Source: an uncultured Chloroflexia bacterium
Lineage (GTDB): Bacteria; Chloroflexota; Limnocylindria; Limnocylindrales; CSP1-4
Direction: 5' to 3'
Assembly: GCA_963788685.1 (NCBI GenBank)
Contig: CAWBHP010000001.1
Coordinates: 48,661 to 112,660 of the forward strand
Length of the DNA: 64,000 nt
The position numbers and the translations under genes were made by a program. Shown one piece after another: positions 1 through 10,916 of the stretch. Under the pieces are notes generated by a model. That model ran no database searches. It saw only the letters and a program-made list of their open reading frames with translations, and had not been told where the DNA came from. Numbering within the stretch: position 1 is the first letter of the stretch; each line of letters begins with the position of its first letter.

Positions 1-33
1 CTGTCCGTGAAGGAGTACAGCGAGGAAGGCTGA
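1..33 (+). CDS. 3' end of an upstream CDS (partial)
   Basis: Frame 1 reads LSVKEYSEEG then TGA at 31-33; too short to identify. Confidence 0.35.
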   Translation: MSVKEYSEEG

Positions 34-884
34 TCGGCACGCATGCGAGCGTCCACCGACCGAACATCAATGGAGCGCGAGGCAGAAACTCGCGGAGAGG
101 TTCTATCACCGTGGGTCAGATCTGGCGGGATAGCGTCTGGCCAACTTCATCCCAGCCTGACTAATAGAACCCGCCCCGGTCGCGGCTCGCCTCGCCGTCA
201 CGACGGAAGCGAGGCCCCCCGGCGCCCCTGTCACGCCGGGGAAACGGCTGGAGCGCCGGAGGGGCCTCCCCTGCCGAAACGACACCCCAACCCCGCCGTT
301 AGGCAGGTATGTGCCCACTGGCAACGCCGTCCAAGTGCGCCTGCCACGGATCGCGCTGTCTGCAAGTTCTGGTGCAAGGTTGGATTCGTACGGTATCGCC
401 AACGGACTACCGTGAGACGTCGCTCGTCGAGGGTTGGGGGGCCCGCGCCTGCGCACCTCTCCGGGAGTCCGTTCTTAGTTGCGATGCCGGTCGCCGTCCG
501 TCTCGCCGTGACCCGCCCGATCCCCGGAGCCCACGGGAACGCGTCGGGCAGGCCCAGCGCGGGCCCAGGAGGGGGCCGGGCCGCGCCAGGGATGCCCTTG
601 GGTAAGTCGGACCGCCAGTATCCAGCCGCGATCGGGATTCCGTGAGGATGCAATTGCGCCGATCGGAATGGGGCGCTCGCGCGCTCAACCGCATCAATAC
701 GTTTAGCGGCCACGTCGCGCGAGCCAAATTTCCCCGATCACAACGACGGCAAGCAGCGCCACCCACAAGAGACTCGGCCCAAGAGCGACATCCACGCCCA
801 CGAGGATACGCCCGGTCGCGCTACCTCGGCCGAGAGGTGGTGTAGCCAAGAGAATCACTCACGATGTGAGCTATGGTTCCCTGG

Positions 885-1553
885 ATGAACGAGAAGAGAA
901 CGACGGCTCGAGCCTTACACGACGCTGACGGAGTCGAGGACTGGCGGGTCCTGTTCTCGGGCGCACACGCCTACTTCCGTGTCAGGTCGTTCGAGCATGG
1001 CGCCAGGTTCGTGGCGGCAATCGCCGAGGTTGCCGAGGCCGTTGGCCACTTCCCCGACGTTGACCTGCGGCCGGAGGGAGTGACTGTCCGCACAGCCTCC
1101 GGAGAGTACGGGGCCTTGAGCCAGCGCGATGTCGAGCTGGCCCGCCGGATCTCGGTCGAGGCTCGGAGGTTGCAGGTCGAGCCAGACCCCTCCCAGGTCC
1201 AGGTGATCGGCATCGCCGTGGCGCAGGATGCCGGCAGCGATGTTGGTCCTTTCTGGGCCGCCGTACTCGGGTACAAGAGCCTCGGCGCGGATGAGGACGT
1301 AGTCGATCGACACAGACGCAATCCACACGTCTCGTTCCAACGCCTGCGCCCTCCCAAGCCTGGCCGCGGCCGTACGCACATAGACGTCAGCGTGCCCGCG
1401 GATCAGGCGGAGGCAAGAGTCGCGGCGGCTCTCGCGGCGGGCGGACGCCTGGCCGATGAGACACACGCGCCCCACTGGTGGACGCTCGCTTCGCCCGAGA
1501 ACCACGGCGTCGACATCGCGGCCTGGCCGGATTTCGAAGACGGCGACAGCTAA
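885..1553 (+). CDS. Pterin-4a-carbinolamine dehydratase-like / VOC (glyoxalase-like) fusion protein
   Basis: N-terminal GHFPDVDL...LSQRDVELARRIS (Pterin_4a type); C-terminal FWAAVLGY...RTHIDV...AGG...WWTLASPE (glyoxalase_6 type); TATGGT -10 lies 7 nt before ATG885. Confidence 0.85.
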   Translation: MNEKRTTARALHDADGVEDWRVLFSGAHAYFRVRSFEHGARFVAAIAEVAEAVGHFPDVDLRPEGVTVRTASGEYGALSQRDVELARRISVEARRLQVEPDPSQVQVIGIAVAQDAGSDVGPFWAAVLGYKSLGADEDVVDRHRRNPHVSFQRLRPPKPGRGRTHIDVSVPADQAEARVAAALAAGGRLADETHAPHWWTLASPENHGVDIAAWPDFEDGDS

Positions 1554-1603
1554 CGACGGTCGGACACCCGGGCCGCTGGGCCGGGCAAGGTGCCGGAACG
1601 TCG

Positions 1604-1641
1604 AATGGCCTCCGGGCGATCAACGCTCCGGAGGCCATTTT
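1604..1641. terminator. Hairpin between the convergent VOC gene and tRNA-Pro
   Basis: AATGGCCTCCGG...CCGGAGGCCATT inverted repeat with a T-run on the + side. Confidence 0.7.
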
Positions 1642-1653
1642 GTGCGGGGATTC

Positions 1654-1730
1654 TGGTCGGGGCGGCCGGATTTGAACCGACGACCACCAGTCCCCCAGAC
1701 TGGTGCGCTACCAGACTGCGCCACGCCCCG
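1654..1730 (-). tRNA. tRNA-Pro (GGG)
   Basis: Reverse complement CGGGGCGTGGCGCAGTCTGGTAGCGCACCAGTCTGGGGGACTGGTGGTCGTCGGTTCAAATCCGGCCGCCCCGACCA; cloverleaf, encoded CCA, TAGACT -10 upstream. Confidence 0.97.
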
Positions 1731-1767
1731 ACAGGCCGCCCAGTCTAGCACCCGCCTCCGCGCGCCC

Positions 1768-2391
1768 TCAGGGCCGACGAAACTCGATCCGCCGCTCTGT
1801 GCCGGCCAGGAGCCGCTGGATGTTGTCGATGTGGAAGAGCCAGATCAGCCCGGCCGCACCGATCGCGTAGCCCGCGTAGACCAGCGGCAGCTGGAACATG
1901 GCGACCGTGACGATGATCACGACCGCAGCAAACGCCGTCGCGGTCAGGGACGCCACGGACGAGTAGCGGGTCGTGAACAGCACGAGGGCGAACACCGGGA
2001 TCGTCAGCAGCGCGGCGAGCGGGTGCAGGACGATCAGGCCGCCGAAGCCGGGCGCGATCCCGCGGCCGCCGGAGAAGTTGATGAATGGCGAGCGGCTGTG
2101 GCCGACGATCGCGGCCAGCGCGGCGAGGATCTGCAGCCCGAGCCCGCCCCCGACAACGAACGCGATCACGACGGCGACGATCCCCTTGAGCACGTCGAGG
2201 AGCCCGGAGGCGGCGGCGGCCCGCGGGCCGAGCGCCCGCATGACGTTCGCGCCGCCTGTCCGGCCGCTGCCGATCGTCCGCGGATCGGTTCCGCCGGTCA
2301 GCCGCGCGATGACCACGCCCCAGGGAATGCCGCCGATCACGTAGGCCGCCACGATGACGAGGGCGTCGACCACGGCTTCCTGGATTGTCAT
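1768..2391 (-). CDS. plsY: Glycerol-3-phosphate acyltransferase PlsY
   Basis: GSGRTGGANVMR, DVLKG, GH..SPF..GGRGIA and HIDNIQRLLAGTE motifs. Confidence 0.95.
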   Translation of the reverse strand: MTIQEAVVDALVIVAAYVIGGIPWGVVIARLTGGTDPRTIGSGRTGGANVMRALGPRAAAASGLLDVLKGIVAVVIAFVVGGGLGLQILAALAAIVGHSRSPFINFSGGRGIAPGFGGLIVLHPLAALLTIPVFALVLFTTRYSSVASLTATAFAAVVIIVTVAMFQLPLVYAGYAIGAAGLIWLFHIDNIQRLLAGTERRIEFRRP

Positions 2392-2446
2392 CGGTCGCGA
2401 GTATACCGACGGGGAATCGGCCGAATCGGACTGTCCCGGGAGCTGG

Positions 2447-3485
2447 CTAGCGCGGCTCTCGGCCTCCGACGGCCTCGACCAGCCGATCCGGCCTGCCCCT
2501 GAACCACGTCCGCCGCTCGGGATCCGCCAGGACCTCTTCCACGAGCTCCGTCAGGCGGCGGTTCACGGGAGCCGCCCCGCCCAGGCCTTCGGCCGCGCGG
2601 GCGACCGCGCCGTTCAGCCACTGGACCTCGGACGGCCCGGTCCCCGAATTGGCGTGGATGCGCAGCGAAGGGTCCTTGCGGCCGCGGGCTCCGCCGACGA
2701 TGCGTCGCATGATCGGCCGGGCGATGGCCGCCGGGAACCGGACGCCGAAGGCCAGGAGCGGAACGTTGGCTCCCGGAAGCGCGACCGGCCGCAGCCCCAG
2801 GCGTCGCATCACGGCCAGCGCCTCGAGGATCTGGCGGCGCTCGATCCCGAACGCTGCCGGGTGCCCGTAGATCTCGGCCGGCGACATGTCCAGGATCGCG
2901 CTCGAGGCGTTGCCGACGAGGTTCGCGACCAGCTTCGACCACTTCATCGCGGCCGGATCGGCGACGCGTCCGGTCCGGAGTCCTGCCGTGGCGATGGCCG
3001 CGAGGAGCGTCGTCGGTGAGCTCGTCCACGCCGCGGGCTGGCCGGCGCGAGCGCGACGCCGCCGTTGTTCAGCCTGGCCACCGTTCCGTCCGCCCGTCAG
3101 TTCGACCGAGGCGGTCACGGAGCCCGCGATCAGCCCGCCCTCCGGCCGCGCTTCGGCGACGATCTCCTCGGCGCCGACGCCGTTGAGGACGGTCAGGGCC
3201 GGTGCCGCCGGCCACGCCGCGCACGAGGCCGCCGCGTCGGCCAGGTCGAACGCTTTGACGGCGAACACGATGACCTCGGGCGGGGCATCGAGCGCGTCAG
3301 GCGTCGCGATCTCCGTGACGTCAGCGCTGGCCGCCTTGCCATCCGGCCCGGTCGACCGTGACCGTCGCCCGGCGCGGCGGCCCCTCCAGTCGCCGGCGCA
3401 CGATCGCCACGTCCCGGCCACCGGCCGCAAGGGCCCAGGCCATGAGCGTCCCGACCGCTCCGCCACCGACGACGAGGTCGGTCAT
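2447..3485 (-). CDS. Ketopantoate reductase (PanE/ApbA) family protein, frameshifted
   Basis: VVGGGAVG Rossmann start, FAVKAFD, LNGVG, WSKLVAN and PSL...SEVQWLNGAV motifs spread over several frames. Confidence 0.8.
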
Positions 3486-4809
3486 CCAGTGGCCGCGGCG
3501 GGCTCCCCGGCCGCGTCGGCCAAGGCGTAGGCCGCCGCCAGGATCTCGATCGGGTGCTTCACCGGCCGATCCGTGGCTACGCTCGATCTGCCAGCGGCAC
3601 GTCTCCGAGTCGCAGGCCGCCCGGGCCGAGTCGGTGGCACGGACGCGCCGGAAGAGCGGGTCGCCGACGGCCATCGCGATGTCGTACTTCTCCTTCTTCA
3701 GCCCGTACGTCCCGGCGACCCCGCAGCAATCGTGGTCCATGTCGATCGGCGCTGAGGCCGGGCACGAGGGCGAACAGGTCGAGGGCCGGCAGCCCGATCC
3801 CGTGGCTGCGGAGCTGGCACGGCGCATGGTACGGCAACGTCTCGTCGAGACGACCGAAGCCCGTGTCGAGGCGGCCCTGCTCGTGGAGGTCGAGGAGGAA
3901 CTCGCAGATGTCCCAGGTCGCGCCGGCCACGGCGTGGGCATCGTCGTCGTCGACGTCGAGCATCTCGCGGTATTCGGCCTTGAGGGTGTGGGTGCAGGAC
4001 GTCGAGGTGCCGACGATCCGGTAGCCGCGTCGGGCGTAGTCGGCGAAGACCCCGAGGTTGCGCCGCGCCTTGCCCCGGGCGCGGCTGTACAGCCCGTTGC
4101 TGATGAACGGCAGGCCGCAGCAGACCTGCTCCGGGGCGATCGTCTCGAAGCCGTTGCGGCGCAGGACGTCGATTGCCGCAAACGCGACGTGCGGCTCGTA
4201 GTAGTTCGCCGCGCAGCCGTGGAAGCAGGACGACGGCCCGATCCGGCGGCGGCTCCGTGCGGCCGGCCGCGCGGCGCTCGCGGCGAGCCGCGACCGGAGC
4301 GTCCGGCCGGCGAAGACGGGCAGCGGCGCCCGCCGATGGATGCCGATCGTCCACTCGATCAGCGGTCCTGATGAGCCGGTTGCGCAGCGTCCAGTTGGCG
4401 AGCGGCGCGAACGCGACGCCCGAGCCGGCCGACGAGATCGGTCTGGCCGAGCAGCCAGTCGCGGAACCGGGGCCGATGGCCGGCCTTCATCTCGGCCCGC
4501 GCCCGGCTGTTCATCTCGGCGATCTTCACGTCGGCCGGGCAGGCGGTCGTGCACATCCCGCAGCCGGAGCAATAGTCGACGGTCGCATCGGGTGAGCGCG
4601 AGGACGGGCGTCGATGGACCCTGCGGCGGCAGCAGCGTCGCGACGCGGAAGCGCTGCGCCTGGGGGCCGACGTACTTCGGGCCGGGGAAGAGGTCCGTCA
4701 CCCGGGCGACCGGGCAGACCGTGTTGCAGACGTTGCACTTGAGGCATTCGTCGGCCGACAGCGCCACCTCGCCGAACGAGGCCTCGTGGACGATCTCCTG
4801 GATCGTCAT
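3482..4809 (-). CDS. glpC: Anaerobic glycerol-3-phosphate dehydrogenase subunit C, frameshifted
   Basis: CLKCNVCNTVCP...FPGPKYVGP, CTTACP, FHGC, CCGLP, YHAPCQL, CCGVAGTYGLKKE. Confidence 0.9.
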
Positions 4810-6173
4810 CGGGCTGCCCCGGCCTTCTGGCGTTCGGCGCGGGGCTTCGTGGCCGGCTTGGCCGCGAACATCGCCGCGGCGCGCCGTCCGCTGGCGACCG
4901 CAACGCCGTCGCCGCAGCGCTCCGAGAGGTAATGCTGGCCGGCGAGCAGGCTCCCGACGATCGCCACGTTGTCGAACGCGACCCTGCCGCGGCCGTCGAC
5001 CGGGTGGAGCTCCGCGTCGGTCCGGATGCCCGGCGGCCTCGAGCGGATGGCCGGCCGGATCGAACGGATCGTCCGCCAGCCACTCCCCGACCGGCGGGGC
5101 CTCGACGGGCAGGCCGAGGAGCGGCTCCACGAGCGTTCCGTCGGCCCTGCCGATGAGCCCGCCGCCGGCAATCCCGCCCGTCGCCAGGACGAGGCCGCCA
5201 GTCCGGAACACGCGATCGCGCGCCGCGGCGGCGACCGTGACCGACGGTGACCCGTCGGCCCGCAGTCTCGATCCGGACCACCTCCTCCCCCACCGAGATC
5301 CTGCCGCCGCGCCGGCGAAGCGCCGCGCGGAGCGCCTCGAACAGGCGCAGGCCGGGCACGCTCGGCGGGATCAGCGGCACCTCGAACGGGATGAGCGGCA
5401 GCGACCGCGACGCGTCGTCGAACGCGGCGGCGTGGTCGGCCAGCCCGAGGACGGCAGGGAGGCGCGATCCGGCCGGGCGCGCCACCGCGCCCTCGCAGCG
5501 CGGCCGCGATCGCGGCGAACGCGTCCGCGCGCCACGACGGATCGTCGAACAGCCGGGCGAGGTGGAGCGCCGTCAGGTTTCGCCGGCCGGCGATGTCAGG
5601 CAGCTCCACGACGAGCGCCTCGACCGACGCGGGCCGGTCTCTTGCGCGCGGCGACCGGCCCCAGACCGACGGGCGCTCGAGGCTTGCGGCGATCGCGCCC
5701 GGCCAGAAGTCCTTGAAGCCGGCGGGGCCACAGATGACGAGCCGCTCGTCGGGCCTCCAGGGCCGGAGGGCCGCCGCCTGGGCGGTGGGCAGCGTGCCGG
5801 CCCGCCGCGTCGCGCCGATCGCAGTCGGGACTGGTCGAAGCGGCTCGTCGAGGTCGCCGAGGTAGGTCAGACCCTCCGCGGCGAGGATCCCGCGCAGCCA
5901 ATCGATCGCCGGCGCCAACGTCACGTCCAAGGAACGCGTACGGGTGTCCCGGCATCGACGCAAGCTGGGCGATGCCCTCGGCGGCCGTGGCGCTGCCCGG
6001 CGGGCGCGGCGACGTCGAGGCCGCCCGACGTCCAGTGGGTCGCCGCGTGGCCGCGGGCGACGACGTCGACGCGCGCGCCCGCGTCGGCCAGGGCGATCGC
6101 GGCCGTCATGCCCGGCCAGGCCCGCGCCGACGACGACGACGTCAGACGACGGCACGGTCGGCCTCGTGCTCAT
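4806..6173 (-). CDS. glpB: Anaerobic glycerol-3-phosphate dehydrogenase subunit B, frameshifted
   Basis: DVVVVGAGLAG, PPSVPGLRL, VLATGG..GGGL, CGDGVAVASG. Confidence 0.9.
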   Translation of the reverse strand: MSTRPTVPSSDVVVVGAGLAGHDGRDRPGRRGRARRRRRPRPRGDPLDVGRPRRRRARRAAPRPPRASPSLRRCRDTRTRSLDVTLAPAIDWLRGILAAEGLTYLGDLDEPLRPVPTAIGATRRAGTLPTAQAAALRPWRPDERLVICGPAGFKDFWPGAIAASLERPSVWGRSPRARDRPASVEALVVELPDIAGRRNLTALHLARLFDDPSWRADAFAAIAAALRGRGGAPGRIAPPCRPRAGRPRRRVRRRVAVAAAHPVRGAADPAERARPAPVRGAPRGASPARRQDLGGGGGGPDRDCGPTGHRRSRSPPRRAIACSGLAASSWRRAGLPAAGSSAGPTERSWSRSSACPSRPRRSGSGWRTIRSIRPAIRSRPPGIRTDAELHPVDGRGRVAFDNVAIVGSLLAGQHYLSERCGDGVAVASGRRAAAMFAAKPATKPRAERQKAGAAR

Positions 6174-7754
6174 CCGCGAGCGCGCCGATCCCCAGCACCC
6201 CGGAGTACAGGCCGGCGACGAGCCACAGCTCCTGCAGCTGGCGGCCCCAGGCGATCGGTCGGGTGCCGCGATACCGCTCGGCCAGGAAGTCGAGGAGGAT
6301 CCGATCGACCGGCCTCGGGCGGAAGACCCGCGGCGACGGCCTCCCGCTCGGCGATCACGCCGGCGGCCCGGAACGTGCAGAACCCGCCCTGGCACGGCCC
6401 CATGCCCAGCCGAGTGCCGCGCCGGACGTCGTCGAGGCTAGCACGGCCAGCGCTCGTCGAGGAAGTCGTCGAGCGCCGACGCGGGTCACGAGCTCGCACT
6501 CGCAGATGAGATCGGCATCGCCGCCGCCCCGTGCCTCGTGCTCCGCCAGCCGGTGGCCAAGCCAGTAGGTCTGGCCGATCGCCCTGGCCGGGCAGGACCG
6601 CCTCGGCGGTCGTCGAGCGCTCGGTCACGCCGAGCTTTGCCGCGACGAGGTCGGCGGTCTCCTCGGCCATGAGCCGGTACGTCGTCAGCTTGCCGCCGAC
6701 AATCGAGACGAAGTTCGCAACGCCGTCTCGCGGTCCGTGATCGATGACGACGTGCGATCTCGAGATCTCCCGGCCGTCGTCTGCCGCCCCGCCGCTCGAC
6801 GCTTCATCCTGGTAGAGCGGTCGCACACCGGCGTACGCCCGGAGAAGCCGCATCCGGCGCAGGTCCGGGAAGAGCTTGGTGCCCTCGACCATCAGCTCCT
6901 CGACCTCGTCTCGGCCGATGCCGTAGTGGTCGGGGTCGTCGACCGTCATCTCGGTCGTGCCGAGGATCGCGACCGAGTGGACCGGGACCATGATGTCGCC
7001 ATCGCCCGGCGGGTGGCAGCGGTTCACGACCGTGTCGGTCATCCGCTGGTTGAAGATCAGCATCGTGCCCTTGCCCGGGGCCATCGCGAGCTCGACGCCG
7101 GCCAGCCCAGCGACGATCCCGGCCCAGGCGCCCGCCGCCGACACGACGGCCTTCGGGGCGATCCGGCTGACCGTGCCGCTCCGTTCGTCGGCGATGTCCA
7201 CGGTCGCGATCTCGTCGCCGATCCGCTCCATCGCAACGACCCGCTGGTACGGCCGAGCCTCGGAGCCACGGTTCACGGCATCGCGCCACGTTGGCGGCGA
7301 TCAGCTGCCACGGCTCGACGGCGGCGTCCGGGACGTGGAACGCACGTCGGATCGCTGGGTTGAGGGCGGGCTCGCGCCGGAGGAGGCTCGCGACGGGCGC
7401 TCCTCGCACGGAACGCCGGCGGCGACGCAGGCCGCCGCGAACCGGTCCGGGTAGTCCTCCGGGTCGTCGGGCGTCGCGACGAACCAGCCGCCGGTGTCCT
7501 CGATGCAGGCCGGGGCGATCCGCCGCAGAACGCGATTCTCGAGCGATGCACTCGCGAGCCGCCAGCGGATCCTTGACGACGTAGCGGCCGCCGGAGTGGA
7601 GCAGGCCGTGGTACCGGCCACTCGTGCCGGTCCCGAGGTCGCCCTTCTCCACGAGGAGGCAACGCAGGCCGCGGCGGGCCAGGTCGCGGACGATGCCCGC
7701 TCCGGTGGCGCCGCCGCCGATGATGAGGACGTCGACGGCCTCGACGGCCGTCAT
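6170..7754 (-). CDS. glpA: Anaerobic glycerol-3-phosphate dehydrogenase subunit A, frameshifted
   Basis: IIGGGATGAG, GTSGRYHGLLHSGGRY, YAGVRPL, GGKLTTYRLMAE, TRLGMGPCQGGFC. Confidence 0.93.
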
Positions 7755-7820
7755 GGCTCAGGGGCGACGGCGTGCTGAGGGGCCACGCCGTCGCCGTTGG
7801 TGAATCGCTCCGATCGCCGG

Positions 7821-9345
7821 TCAGGCCGGGACGGGCTCACGGGCCTCGGACTCGACCCAGTCGAAGGTCCGCGTCACGGCCTTCTTCCAGAGCTTGTAGT
7901 CGCGCTCGCGAGTCGCGTCGTCCATCGACGGCGTCCACTCCTTGTCCTTGGCCCAGTTCGCCCGAAGGTCTTCCACCGCGTCCCAGAAGCCGACCGCCAG
8001 GCCGGCGGCATAGGCGGCCCCGAGGGCCGTCGTCTCGGCGACCTTCGGCCGGATGACCGGGCACGTTGAGGACGTCCGACTGGAACTGCATGAGCAGCTC
8101 GTTGTAGACCATCCCGCCGTCGACCTTGAGCGCCGTCAGCGCGACGCCGGAATCGGCGTTCATCGCGTCGAGCACCTCGCGGGTCTGCCAGGCGGTCGCC
8201 TCGAGCGTGGCCCGGGCGATGTGGCCCTTGTTGACGTAGCGGGTCAGGCCGGCGATCACGCCTCGGGCGTCGTTCTTCCAGTACGGAGCGAACAGGCCCG
8301 AGAACGCGGGGACGAAGTAGACGCCGCCGTTGTCCTCGACGGTCGCGGCCAGCTTCTCGACGTCGGCCGAGGTGTTGATCAGCCCGAGGTTGTCGCGGAG
8401 CCACTGGACGAGGGCGCCGGTGATCGCGATCGAGCCCTCGAGGGCGTAGACCGCCGGCTCCTTGCCGATCTTGTAGCCGACGGTCGTCAGGAGGCCCTGC
8501 TTGGACTGGACCGCCTTCGTCCCGGTGTTGAGGAGCATGAAGTTGCCGGTGCCGTACGTGTTCTTCGCTTCACCCGGCGGAGAAGCACGTCTGGCCGAAC
8601 AGGGCGGCCTGCTGGTCGCCGAGGTCGCCCGCGATCGGGATGCCGGTCAGGTCGCCGACGCCCTTGCCGTAGACGTCGCTCGACGACCGGATGCTCGGCA
8701 GCATCGACCGCGGGATGCCCATGAGCCGGAGGATCTCGTCGTCCCAGTCGAGGGTCTCGAGATTCATCAGCATCGTCCGGCTGGCGTTCGTCACGTCGGT
8801 GACGTGGACGCCGCCCTCGATGCCGCCTGTGAGATTCCAGATGCACCAGGTGTCGATATTGCCGAAGAGCAGGTCTCCGGCGTCGGCCTTCTCCCGGGCG
8901 CCGTCGACGTTGTCGAGGATCCATTTCACCTTCGGGCCGGAGAAGTAGGTCGCCAGCGGCAACCCGACCTTGGCCCGGAGCCGGTCCTGGCCGCCGTCCT
9001 TGGCGAACTCGTTGACGATCCCGTCGGTCCGGGTGTCCTGCCAGACGATGGCGTTGAAGACCGGCTTGCCCGTCTTGCGGTTCCAGACGACCGCCGTCTC
9101 GCGCTGGTTGGTGATGCCGACGGCGGCAAGGTCGGATCCCTTGATCCCGACCTTGCCGAGCGCGCCCTGATGACCTCGGCGCTGCGCGACCAGATCTCGA
9201 GCGGATCGTGCTCCACCCAGCCTGGCTTCGGGTAGATCTGCTCGTGCTCCTTCTGATCGATCCCGACCACCTGACCGCTGTGGTCGAAGATCATGAACCG
9301 GGTGCTCGTCGTCCCCTGATCGAGCGCTCCAACGTAGTCCGCCAT
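7821..9345 (-). CDS. glpK: Glycerol kinase, frameshifted
   Basis: [59 protein letters not shown]. Confidence 0.95.
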
Positions 9346-9391
9346 GTGCACGCTCCTTCCGTGCTCGACTTGTGTTCGATCCCCTGTTTGC

Positions 9392-10136
9392 CTACGAGCA
9401 GTCGGAGACTTGGCCATGAATTCGTAAGGTTGTAGACGACCGCTGCGAGGGCCCCACCGACGAGCGGCCCGACGACCGGGATCCACGAGTAACTCCAATC
9501 CGAATCCCGCTTCCCGGCGATCGGCAGGAGGAAGTGGGCGATCCGCGGCCCGAGGTCACGGGCGGGATTGATCGCGTACCCGGTCGTCCCGCCTAGCGCC
9601 AGACCGATCACGAGGACAAGGAACGCGACCGGCAGCGCGCCAAGCGCCGCCAGACCTTCGGCCGGGCCCGATTGTTCGCGAACGCGAAGATCGACGAACA
9701 CGAGGACGAACGTCCCGATGATCTCGCTCACGAAGTTCCACGGTCGTGCTGCGAATCGCCGGCCCGGTGCTGAAGACGGCGAGCTTGAGGTCGGCGTCCT
9801 CCGTCTCCTCCCAGTGCGGGTAGTAGTGGAGGAAGACAAGGACCGCGCCGATGAACGCGCCGACCATCTCGCCAGCACGTAGACGGGGACCTCCGCCCAT
9901 GGTGTGCGCCGTTGATGGCCAGGCCGAGCGTCACGGCCGGGTTGAGGTGGGCGCCGCTGATCGGGCCGGCGATGATCACGCCGGCGAAGACGGCGAACGC
10001 CCATGCCGTCGTGATGACGATCCAGCCGGAGTTCTGGGCCTTCGACCTCGAGAGGAGGACGCCTGCCACGACGCCGTCGCCAAGCAGGATCAGCGCTCCC
10101 GGTCCCGAGGACCTCCGCCAGGAACTTCTCAACCAT
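9392..10136 (-). CDS. glpF: Glycerol uptake facilitator (aquaglyceroporin), frameshifted; 3' end approximate
   Basis: [10 protein letters not shown] and [16 protein letters not shown] motifs. Confidence 0.92.
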
Positions 10137-10218
10137 GTTCCTCTCCTTCCCTGCCAGCCGGCGGCGACCTGCTGCCGGCACCTCTCTCCACTTGCGCTCG
10201 GGAGCCAACGAAGGCAAC

Positions 10219-10259
10219 AAAAAAGTCCGCGCCTCGACACGACTGCCGAAGCGGGACTT
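10219..10259 (-). terminator. Intrinsic terminator in the glpF leader (probable GlpP antitermination target)
   Basis: Minus strand AGTCCCGCTTCGGCA-GTCG-TGTCGAGGCGCGGACT followed by a T-run, lying between the promoter and the glpF start. Confidence 0.8.
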
Positions 10260-10291
10260 GTCGAATCATTGTCCCGAGTGAGGGCTCAACC

Positions 10292-10321
10292 GTTGTACTC
10301 CCGCTGTCAAGCGGTTGTCAA
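10292..10321 (-). promoter_or_regulatory. Sigma70-type promoter for glpFK-glpABC
   Basis: TTGACA(10321-10316)-N18-TACAAC(10297-10292); a second TTGACA lies 11 bp downstream of the first. Confidence 0.6.
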
Positions 10322-10329
10322 GACGATGA

Positions 10330-10916
10330 TCAGCCGGGGACGAGCGAGGCCTCAACCTGGGCGGCAAGCCTGGCCGCGATCGCCGGTCGGACGACGATGG
10401 CATCGGCCAGGGCCATGCATGCCCGCGCATCCTCGACGTCGTCGATCAGGCCGTACGCGACGATCGGTCGCGGGCAGGTCGGCCAGCTCATCGGGCCGGA
10501 GGTGGACGATGACGAGCCCGGGTGACAGCACGCGAGCCGACCCCGGCGGTCCGGGGATGGCTTTCCAGCGAGCGGGCCATCCCGGTCGAGTCGTAGCCGA
10601 AGACGTGGACGAGCCCGAGATGCCCCCGATCGGCTGCACGCGCGGCAAGCTGCGGGCGACGGGTCAGGACGACCCGGACCCCGAGACGCGTGGTCACGAA
10701 GTCGACGGCCGCGTCATCGCTGCCGAGCCCGGCGACACTGTCGATGTCGACCGCGAGCGGCGGGCAATCGGACGATGCCCGATGGACGAGCGCCGCCAGG
10801 TCCGTGTCGCGGACGAGAACGCCGGCGTCGAGGCCAGGCGGCGGGTACACGGGATGGCGCCCGTCGCTCGCGATGAACAGAGCCGGAAGCTGAACCGGGC
10901 TCGTCTCAGTTGACAT
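10330..10916 (-). CDS. Divergent GlpP-like antiterminator paralogue, one frameshift
   Basis: AVDIDSVAGLGSDDAAVDFV...VVLTRR...HVFGYDS...SPG...PIVAYGLI is colinear with the neighbouring GlpP. Confidence 0.7.

Noticed and set aside
43-845. ORFs 43..645, 231..713 and similar
   Set aside because: Arg/Pro/Gly-rich, no recognisable motifs; typical high-GC spurious frames.
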